64,000 nt of DNA from an uncultured Desulfobacterales bacterium (GTDB lineage Bacteria > Desulfobacterota > DSM-4660 > Desulfatiglandales > HGW-15): assembly GCA_964413125.1 (NCBI GenBank), contig CAYPSZ010000424.1, forward strand, positions 9,140 through 73,139. The letters are read 5' to 3'. Positions 34,678-42,364 of this stretch are shown here, in pieces. The translations under genes and the position numbers were made by a program. The notes under the pieces were generated by a model that saw only the letters and a program-made list of their open reading frames with translations, searched no databases and had not been told where the DNA came from. The first letter of the stretch is position 1. Every line of letters starts with the position of its first letter.

Positions 34678-35985
34678 TTAAGTCACTTCCGTATCTGCCT
34701 TTGACTTTTCTAAGACCTCTTCTCCTAGACGGCCTCCGTTAGCCGGCAAGACTTCCGCAAGCGCTTCGTCCAAGTTCCCAGCCGCTGTAACAATGGTTTG
34801 CACGCCCGCATTGGACAGAACATATCCCGGGCCTTTTCTCGAGAGGTCTTCCTTCATCAAGACTTTATCCACATTCCGCCCGGCCAGCCACTCCGCCACT
34901 CGAATCCCCTTCGCGGTCTCAACGCCCTTGTAGGGGTTCTCCAACAGGATCTTTTCTTCCATACGCTCATCAGAAAGACGAATCGTTACGAAAGTAAAGT
35001 ACGGGGACTCGCCGAAGTGACTGCTCACGCCTCCGGAGGAATCTATCAGAGGGACTGCAATTCGGATACGGGTTTTGGACAGTGGCTCATAGTGAATCAT
35101 CACGCCCTCAACATGAGGCACTTCTTTACGTATCATGGATTCCAGAGATTCACTGGTCTGATGGGCTTTTTGAAGGTCATCTGTTCTAAGGAGTACATTC
35201 ACCTGAAGAAACCTAAAACGACCCGCGCTCCTCCCCGTAAGAGAGGCCACTTCGGCAACCAAAGGGTGCTGCTCCACAATTCTTCTGACCAGAGCAAGGG
35301 TTTCAAAGTCCACGGATGCATCCAGCAATACCCGCATGCCGTCGGAAAGAAGCTTCCATCCCGCCCGGGCAATAAAAACGACCACCAGGGCGGCTGCAAT
35401 TTGGTCGATGGAAGCGCCCAAGAAAGAAAACTCCCATCCTGCATAGCCGATAAAAACAGAAACCAGCACCACCATGGAGGAAAGAACATCCACCTGCCGG
35501 TGCCGGCCCTCCGCAATCAGGGTGGGCGATCCCGTCCGCCTCCCTACGGCGAGGGCATACCGGCCGAAAAGATAGATGGCCAGGACGCCCGCAAGAAGGA
35601 GGGCTACAACAATCCCAGAGATCTGTGGCCGGCCTGACTCTCTTGTAAGAACCTCCCGGGCAATTTCATAGCCGGCGAAAAAAATGCTCATAGCAACAAC
35701 AACAGAGATAACATTTTCAATCTTATAAAGGCCGAGTGGAAAGGAGGGCGTCTTTTTGGTCGAAAGCTTCAGCCCTCCTAAAAGGAGAAGGGAAGCAACG
35801 GCGTCGATTCCCGAATCTATAGCCCCGGCGGTCACAGCCAGGCTGCTCGAACAAAAGGCAAGGATGCCTTTCATGGTTGCAAGTCCCAGGTTTAACAAGA
35901 ACGCATAGAGAGCCACCTTCTGGACAAGCCTTGTTTCTTTATCGACGCCTTTGGTGGACGCTTCATGCTTATATGAGGCATTCAT
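34678..35985 (-). CDS. Cation diffusion facilitator (CDF) metal efflux transporter fused to a C-terminal NifX/NifB-like domain
   Basis: 435 aa. There are six TM-like segments with CDF motifs (SLAVTAGAIDSGIDAVAS, HRQVDVLSS) and a cytoplasmic CDF domain. The C-terminal part RIAVPLIDSSGGVSSHFGESPYFTFV...VDKVLM...GPGYVLSNAGVQ is NifX-like. Confidence 0.7.
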   Translation of the reverse strand: MNASYKHEASTKGVDKETRLVQKVALYAFLLNLGLATMKGILAFCSSSLAVTAGAIDSGIDAVASLLLLGGLKLSTKKTPSFPLGLYKIENVISVVVAMSIFFAGYEIAREVLTRESGRPQISGIVVALLLAGVLAIYLFGRYALAVGRRTGSPTLIAEGRHRQVDVLSSMVVLVSVFIGYAGWEFSFLGASIDQIAAALVVVFIARAGWKLLSDGMRVLLDASVDFETLALVRRIVEQHPLVAEVASLTGRSAGRFRFLQVNVLLRTDDLQKAHQTSESLESMIRKEVPHVEGVMIHYEPLSKTRIRIAVPLIDSSGGVSSHFGESPYFTFVTIRLSDERMEEKILLENPYKGVETAKGIRVAEWLAGRNVDKVLMKEDLSRKGPGYVLSNAGVQTIVTAAGNLDEALAEVLPANGGRLGEEVLEKSKADTEVT

Positions 35986-36426
35986 GGCTCACTGTAGTTA
36001 CAAAGTTCTTTTGCTTGTTTTTATACCACAACACCCTTCAAGGACTAAGAAAAAACCGACCCCTTTTCCACACTTCCTCTATTCGCGGGTTTCCTCCCGT
36101 CGCCCACCAAGCCTTTCCGGATGGGCTAACGAGGCCAGACCGGCGCCTTTGGCTCAAGGCAAAGGTTTTTCAAAATGGCCGTTGCATTGAATTTGACAAG
36201 GCCCTTGCCATACACTATGAGAAAGGGACGAATTATAATAATATCAAAAGTTTAATAGAAAAGGTTTTGGCAGTGCCGTCATGCTGGATTTATGCGCCCA
36301 GAGTATAGGGACGGCGGGGTGCCGGGTCAGACAAATGGAGATGGATTTTCGTAACGATCGAGAAACCCATGATTTGAATTCCTGCGAGTTTGAGTCTTAG
36401 AGTTAGGCTCGCAGACTCAATTTGTA

Positions 36427-36456
36427 AGAGTCTCAAAGGCTCATAGATGAGACTCT
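36427..36456 (-). terminator. 9-bp stem-loop overlapping the usher stop codon, first of several interleaved inverted repeats (possible operon terminator)
   Basis: AGAGTCTCA (36427-36435) pairs with TGAGACTCT (36448-36456) around a 12-nt loop. Further repeats GCGAG/CTCGC and TTGAGTCT/AGACTCAA lie at 36384-36420. There is no strong U-tract. Confidence 0.3.
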
Positions 36457-39400
36457 GAATGCCCCACAAAGTCAGGTAGTTCATATTCCTGAGGCTCCTG
36501 CGAGACCGGGATACGCGTCTGCTGTTCCTGTTCGGGAAAAGTCAACTCAGAAGGGATGGTCCGGGGATCAAGCCTCACCCGAACTGCCCCTGGCCTGATA
36601 TGGCCAAGATAAAAACTGCCGTCACCGGCTGTGATGGAATCAATGACGGTCTCCGAGTCCGAATCTGACACAGAGGTGACCCGCACTCCTGAAACCGGTT
36701 CCACTTTTCCGCTCGGCTTCTTGACCAGAACAGAGCCGGCTATATGATGGACGGGAGTCAGCGCAAGATCCACATGGGTGCGCCGCCCCTCCTCCAGGCA
36801 GGCGCCCTGCTGACCATGCATGATATCGTAAATGGCAGGGACCGTATCCGGGTCCAGGGAGACCTTGACCGTTTGCGCGATGGATGTAAATGGAAGCATA
36901 TACTGGCCGTGGACGTCCGTCACAGCCATTTCCCGACCATCGAGCAGGATGCTCACCCCTTCCACCCCCCCTTCACCGGGATCGAGCCGGGCATTAATAT
37001 TGCCGTCCACAAAGACCCTTCCGGCGATGCCTCCAAGGTCAGGGCTGATTCTTCGGCTCTCTACCCTGGTCAACCTGCCCCGGTCCCGGCTGAAAAGTTC
37101 GGAGATCGTCAAAAACAGTCCGACCTGCCATTCCCGGTTTTGATACCGGGCGAGCAGCCCCAAACGGGTGCCTTTGGAGCGACTGAACCGGTACTCGCAG
37201 CGATGTTCAAAAAATGGATCCCCGCTGTGCAAATCTTTGCCTAGCTCGGTCCTCATTTGCAATGGGAGCCCGAAGGCATTGCTCAAGGAGTGAATACCGG
37301 AAAGCCGTTCCCTGTTGTTGGTTTTCCAATAATTGGCCCGAAGGCTTCCCAAACCGGGAAGATAGGTTGCAAGAGACGCGGTGGTGTGGCGGGTTTCGGT
37401 CAAAGAAATGCCCGGCAGGCGCAGGCCTTGAAAAAAATCAGTTTCCCTGGTTAAACGGACATCGTCGCCGAAGGAGTGATATACACTGAAGTTAAGCCTT
37501 GGAAGCAGGTTGCTGTCCACTTCAACAAACAAGAGCCTCCTGGACGAATCTTCCCAGTCCGGGTCCATCCAGTCCAACCCTAAACTTATACGGGTCTTGG
37601 GAAACATTTTGGAGTGCAGCCCTGCATGGCCCAGCCTGGCGCTAAAGGTCTCGCTTCTCAGGCGTCGGACATTGTCCCGGACGCTGGCAAAGGCCCCTGA
37701 AAAAGACCACATAGGATGCAGATGAAACTCTCCGTTGACCACATATCCTATGCGATCCCGCAGATTTCGGTTGCCCCCGTCAAAAAAATCGGGCTGATAG
37801 ACAAAGTATCTGGCATAGAATGAAGTCTTTTCGAGGGGATAGAGAGATAGATCGAGTCTTGCTGCCCAATCCGCATAACCCGACCCGTCCCGCTCCCGGG
37901 CCTGCACTGCTGAAAAGTCAGCCAGGACTTGAGATCGGTCAAAAGGCTGCCACGTCAACTGGGCTCCGGCGTGCCGGCTTTGCAGGGGATAATTGCGCTC
38001 ATCCTTCTGGTAAAGAAGTGGCTTGCTGACGAGGTCATAGAACTTATACTGGCCGGCGAAGGTCGTCCCGATGGTCAGATTGCTTCTCAGCCCGTACAAG
38101 GCCCGGCCCCCCGCAAACATTCCACTCGAAGACCAGTCCTGAAATCCTCTGTTGGTCCCGAATCCGCCGAGTAGGGCCAGGCTGCCTTCAGGAACCAGGC
38201 TGCTGGTTCCCAGTATCTGTTTTTCTATGATGGTTTGAACTCCGTCCGGATCGGTGATGATGATCTCAATGGTGTTTAAACTGCCCGGAGCCAGGCTGAC
38301 CGCCTCGAATTCATAGCGTCCCAGATCAGGATTGTCCGGCAGCGAGCTTAGGATCTCATCCGTATCGATCAAGCGGCCGTTAACAAATAGCTCCACCATT
38401 GAACCGACTCGCGCCAGACCCTCGAATGGGATCTGCCGCTGGAAAAGGTTCCGTAGAACTTGTTTGGATCGATCATTTCTTCCCTTTTCATTCGCCCCTA
38501 AAAGGCTGTCAAAACGCAACCCGGCCAGCTTCACAGTTGGAAAAGTGATATCGTTGAGGCCAAAGGTGGAATCCCCGACCATGAAACGCGACGCGCCAAG
38601 GGCCCTAGTCCATTCAGCCCTGTTGAGGCGGATGAAGGGGCTGCTGAGCGGATTGCCGGAATCGTTCCAGATATAGGAAGGCTGCGAAAACTCTAAAATA
38701 TAGCGACCTTTGGCCAGATCTCCCCAGAATCTTTGCTTAAGAGAATCGAGACTTATTTTGCCCGGTGACCTTTCATCTACGGGCTGATACTGAATTCTTG
38801 CCTCTGTCTGGACAAAATCAATTCCCCAATGCCGATATTCGGGCTGCGCCGCAGGCAGTTTTTCAGGCACCTTGATCCTGATTTCGTCGGTCTTGATAGA
38901 CAGCAGTGACTTCCGCTCTTCTCGCTTCCACACCGGAAAAAACCGGCTTGTCTCAGCCACGAACGCATAAAGCGCGTTATCCCAAGACAGCTCCAGGTCG
39001 AGCATCTGAGCCACCGTCTCGGCTGGAACATAGACTTCCGGCTGCATGCTGATATCGGATACGGCCTGGATCAGTTTCAACGGGCGGGTTGCCCCGTCAG
39101 TCTGCAAGACCTGTTCTTTGATCTTAACTCTTTGGGGAGGGCTATCAGGCAATTTCAGGACCAGTTGGTCTTCTTCTGCTTCGTGTTCGACTTTAAGCGC
39201 CCTAAAAAGTCTGAAAAGGGGTAAGTATCGTTCGCCCTTACTGTCTTGAACGACATCCAGATCAAAGAGTTCCAGCTTATGCCAAAACCCCTTCCCTTTT
39301 AGGGAGAAGCCGACCACATCGGTTTCAGCCATGGCCAAGCCGGGTTCTGACTCTTTGACCTCAGCTGTATTTTGTTCGGAGTTTCTGTGCCGGCACACTT

Positions 39401-39588
39401 GAAGGGCCGGTGCCGGCTTCGATTCCTGCTGCTCCGGGGCTTTTTTTTTTCGACCCCTGCATTTTGTGAGGAACCGGAACTCCGGCTCGGGTTTGAAAGG
39501 CCTCCCCTGACTGGGACATGAACAGCACAATAACCCCCAATAAAAGGAGATTACAGAGGATGATGCTGAACCGGAGGCAGAAGGTCAT
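36441..39588 (-). CDS. Usher-like outer-membrane protein, atypical, with C-terminal carboxypeptidase-regulatory-like beta-sandwich repeats; reading frame broken at an A10 tract
   Basis: The main ORF (36441-39530, 1029 aa) has an usher-like middle region: FMVGDSTFGLNDITFPTVKLAGLRF...IPFEGLARVGSMVELFVNGRLI...GRYEFEAVSLAPGSLNTIEIIITDPDGVQ. Long amphipathic beta-barrel-type strands follow. It has no signal peptide. That is supplied by a 75-aa ORF (39361-39588) in the adjacent frame, whose ATG overlaps the chaperone stop (ATGA). The two frames meet at A10 (39441-39450). Confidence 0.6.
39441..39450 (-). repeat. Homopolymeric A10 (T10 on the plus strand) at the frame junction of the usher gene
   Basis: It is read directly: gctccggggc tttttttttt cgacccctgc. 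Removing one A fuses ...MQGSKKK to APEQQESKPAP... in frame. Confidence 0.9.
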
Positions 39589-40382
39589 TGAATAGTTACC
39601 TGCGCGCTTCCATGCTTTTCAAGCCCTTTCCCTTTGGCCTTGCAATAGACCTCAAGGGTGTAACGGCCCTTGCGGAGATCGCTCTTGATGGTCCTGGCAT
39701 AATGCACGGTGCTTTCAGGCATGATGTAGGAATGAACAAATCTTCCGTCCACAAGCACCTTTCCCGCCGGGTCGATAAGCTCATAATGCCCGTCCAGCAA
39801 TAAGTGGCCGGAGCCGCTGTTGACAATGGTCACCTGAAATTGAAAGCCCTGATCAGTTGCCTGGGTAGAGATCTCTTTGACCTGAAAATCATACCTCACG
39901 TCCCCATTGACTCCGAATATTGGGACAACAATGGCCGGGATGACAGCCAGGTTCATAACCCGCCCATGCCTGTCTTTGCTTGTGGCGATGTTGGCTTCAA
40001 GCGACTCCAGTTCCATGGCCCCCCAATAGACCTGTTCCCGGAGTTTTCCTCTGGGAACGACCACGAAGCGGACCCGTTGGCTGGTTTTCGGAGCGAGCGA
40101 AAGCTCCTTCGGATTAAACTTGATCCAGGGAGCAAGAGAGTTCTCATCAGGCGGAACCAAGCTGAAATTGCCGCTGCTTCCATAGGTGAAATGACTGGCC
40201 ATGATCCGGTATCTGACCGCTTCACTCCCGGTGTTGGTAATGATGAACTGGCCCGAAGGCCTTCCCCGTTCAAAGGACACTTCAAGAAATGCCGGGGATA
40301 TGGACAGGGCCCCGTCGGCGGCATGAGACCAGAGAAGACAACCAAGACAAGCCATGATCAGACCTTGGAGAAGTTTTTGCAT
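39585..40382 (-). CDS. Periplasmic PapD-like pilus chaperone candidate
   Basis: 265 aa with a signal peptide (ACLGCLLWSHA/ADG). The N-terminal domain pattern LSISPAFLEVSF...GQFIITNTGSEAVRYRI...IKFNPKELSLAPKTSQRVRFVV resembles the PapD_N / MSP fold, and a second beta-rich domain follows. Confidence 0.55.
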   Translation of the reverse strand: MQKLLQGLIMACLGCLLWSHAADGALSISPAFLEVSFERGRPSGQFIITNTGSEAVRYRIMASHFTYGSSGNFSLVPPDENSLAPWIKFNPKELSLAPKTSQRVRFVVVPRGKLREQVYWGAMELESLEANIATSKDRHGRVMNLAVIPAIVVPIFGVNGDVRYDFQVKEISTQATDQGFQFQVTIVNSGSGHLLLDGHYELIDPAGKVLVDGRFVHSYIMPESTVHYARTIKSDLRKGRYTLEVYCKAKGKGLEKHGSAQVTIQ

Positions 40383-40441
40383 GTCAGCCTCCTAGAGTAT
40401 TTTTTAGATGCGACCGCTGCCTGGTGAGTAATGAAAGAGGG

Positions 40442-40478
40442 CCGAGGGTGAAAATGCTCCAAGACCCGCGGCCCTCGG
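40442..40478 (-). other. GC-rich stem-loop between the subunit genes and the chaperone gene (possible attenuating terminator or mRNA stabiliser)
   Basis: CCGAGGG (40442-40448) pairs with CCCTCGG (40472-40478), and an alternative GGCCG/CGGCC pairing exists. It lies in the 158-nt gap between 40541 and 40382. Confidence 0.3.
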
Positions 40479-40540
40479 TACAGAACAAACGCCCGAATGT
40501 ATAGTTTTGCTAAAAACCCTTCTCAAGTCTCATCAATGAG

Positions 40541-41104
40541 TTAAGGCAGAACCATGGCCGCCATCTTGACGAAACCGCTGTATTCCCCCATGGGTTTTTC
40601 AGGATCATCCTGGTTCCAGGTAAAGGTTAAAGTCACCTCCTGACTGAAGTGATTGTTCTGGGAACTCTCCAGGCCAAGGGAACTCGTGATAAGAGTTGGA
40701 AATCCGTTGATATCTCCTGCAGCGGTGGTATAAGGCAACTCCGAAGCTGCCGTACCCAGCGGGCTGCCGTTCACTAGGTATACCCCAACGGGTGCAGAAA
40801 TATTCAAGGGGATGGGAGCAACTTCAGGAGCTGTAGGGTCATTACCTTTGTATAGATCAGATGCTTCAGCATAAATCTGGATTTGCTGGGTATTGGCATC
40901 GACCCTAAAAATACATTCCGCAGTGAAGTCGCCGGTCTGTACGCTTCCGGCATCTACATGCGCCTGTCCTGAGAGGGTAATGTTCGGGCTGACGGTAACA
41001 AAGACGTGGGATGTAGCTTCACTGGTTTCATCCGCCATTGCCGCCGGAGCTACGAAAAAACACAATCCGGCCACCAAGGCCATAACAATGAGTAACCTTT
41101 TCAT
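40541..41104 (-). CDS. Secreted fibre-subunit candidate B (paralog of 41165-41713), no recognised family
   Basis: The ATG at 41104 sits 6 nt after AAGGAGG. The signal peptide is MKRLLIVMALVAGLCFFVAPAAMA/DE, the protein is beta-rich, and the C-terminal strand motif is WNQDDPEKPMGEYSGFVKMAAMVLP. Confidence 0.5.
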   Translation of the reverse strand: MKRLLIVMALVAGLCFFVAPAAMADETSEATSHVFVTVSPNITLSGQAHVDAGSVQTGDFTAECIFRVDANTQQIQIYAEASDLYKGNDPTAPEVAPIPLNISAPVGVYLVNGSPLGTAASELPYTTAAGDINGFPTLITSSLGLESSQNNHFSQEVTLTFTWNQDDPEKPMGEYSGFVKMAAMVLP

Positions 41105-41164
41105 AGAAGCCTCCTTTATTCCTGACATTCGGGCGTTTGACTGGCAAAAGGGGCTCGCTGCTTT

Positions 41165-41713
41165 TCAAGGTTCGATAAAACAAACCAGCTTGATCTTGGC
41201 CGTATACTTGCCGGCCGGTCTTTCCAAGTTTTCCTGGTTCCACTCCACGGAAACAAAAACCTGATGGTTGAAGGTAAGAGAATCAGGACTCGTAAAGGAA
41301 AGTTTTTGGGACTGATAGGTTTCCAGCCCGTCGATAGGGCTGCCGGGGCCCAGAAATCCTGCCGTCCTGGTGGCCCCCTCAGCCCCGACTGGATCGATTT
41401 TCGCTCCGGCCGAGGTATTCAAGGGGATAGCCGTTACTTTAGGGTGGTCTTTTTCAAAGTGAAGATCCGTGGCCTCAATATACATCTGCACTTCCGAGGT
41501 GTTGGCAGCTACGTCAAATTCTGCTTCGCAGTCAATGGTGCCGGTTCCTGAAAAATCAATGAGGATTTTCGGCTCAACCGCCGCCACGGCCAGTTCGGTC
41601 TTGTAATTGACCACGGCTTCGGCCGTCGAGGAGCTGGAATAGGCCCTGACCTGGATCTGCCAGGCTGCCGTTAACAACAAGAGAAGCAGTAGGGAGACAG
41701 TTCTCCTTCTCAT
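41165..41713 (-). CDS. Secreted fibre-subunit candidate A, no recognised family
   Basis: A signal peptide (MRRRTVSLLLLLLLTAAWQIQVRA) and a GAGAGGG RBS are present. It shares the blocks F.VdANT...Q.Y.EA.DL......P.v..IPLN.SA and WNQe..ErPaGkY...iKl....P with subunit B. Confidence 0.5.
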   Translation of the reverse strand: MRRRTVSLLLLLLLTAAWQIQVRAYSSSSTAEAVVNYKTELAVAAVEPKILIDFSGTGTIDCEAEFDVAANTSEVQMYIEATDLHFEKDHPKVTAIPLNTSAGAKIDPVGAEGATRTAGFLGPGSPIDGLETYQSQKLSFTSPDSLTFNHQVFVSVEWNQENLERPAGKYTAKIKLVCFIEP

Positions 41714-41899
41714 AGAGCCCTCTCAAGCGGTAACGCATTAATTATGTTGAAAACGGATAGAAATGGCTTTGCTAGCCCCCCAAGGCAAGGGCCCCGGGTA
41801 GGCATTGTGCAGGCAATTTGAGTCGTTCCAAGTTCATGGCTGACCCAAAAACGGGAAGATAGAAAACAGGTGAGTTTACTTTGTACTTTGATTGTTAAA

Positions 41900-41914
41900 G
41901 CAATATTTATGCCA
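41900..41914 (-). promoter_or_regulatory. Sigma-54 (-24/-12) promoter for the fibre operon
   Basis: The minus strand reads TTGGCATAAATATTGCTTT, i.e. TGGCAT-N5-TTGC with canonical spacing, about 190 nt upstream of the ATG at 41713. Confidence 0.55.
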
Positions 41915-42245
41915 ATAAGAACCCAGAACGATAGTTAGATATTTCAGCAAGTTACAAACGCCAAAAAAGTCGCTGGGTCATCAGCGTGTAGACTTATTCC
42001 AATAAGTGAGAAAACTATTTCCACTTTTGGGAAGAAAAATACACGCTATTAACCCTACAGTATGGTCTGCAGGAAGGATCACAGTGTGAAGGTGGGGGAG
42101 GTTCGGTGTGCGACATTGAAGTCCCGCGTTTAGACAAAGAAAAATGAACTCATATTATTTCATTACCGTAGAGTGGGGGGCCGCTTTCTCTACGGCCGTG
42201 AATGGCTCGTGAAAGCCGATGCCTATTGAGCCGGTTGTTCTCCCT

Positions 42246-42274
42246 TTGACCTTCGGGCTGTTTTCATTCATACT
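42246..42274 (+). promoter_or_regulatory. Candidate sigma-70 promoter for the HD-domain gene
   Basis: TTGACC (42246-42251), a 17-nt spacer, then CATACT (42269-42274). Confidence 0.3.
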
Positions 42275-42364
42275 GGCATACTATGTCACGAGATACCCCG
42301 TTTGCCTTGACCTGAATGAAGGGAAATCTGATTGCCTCGGGACTGCAAAAGGAGCGCCGCCCAT

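Noticed and set aside
36146-36170. A plus-strand terminator-like hairpin, CCTTTG-[GCTCAAGG]-CAAAGG followed by TTTTT.
   Set aside because: There is no plus-strand gene or promoter upstream for it to terminate. On the minus strand it lacks a U-tract. It may belong to an antisense or small transcript, but there is no supporting evidence in the sequence.
35986-36180. A possible metal (NiCo/czcD-type) riboswitch in the GC-rich leader upstream of the CDF gene.
   Set aside because: I could not recognise any conserved riboswitch core or a convincing multi-helix fold by eye. An Infernal/Rfam scan is needed before any claim.
39361-39588. The 75-aa ORF as an independent small protein gene.
   Set aside because: Its sequence is just a signal peptide plus linker. 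It is translationally coupled to the chaperone gene and joins the usher frame at the A10 tract, so I interpret it as the usher N-terminus.
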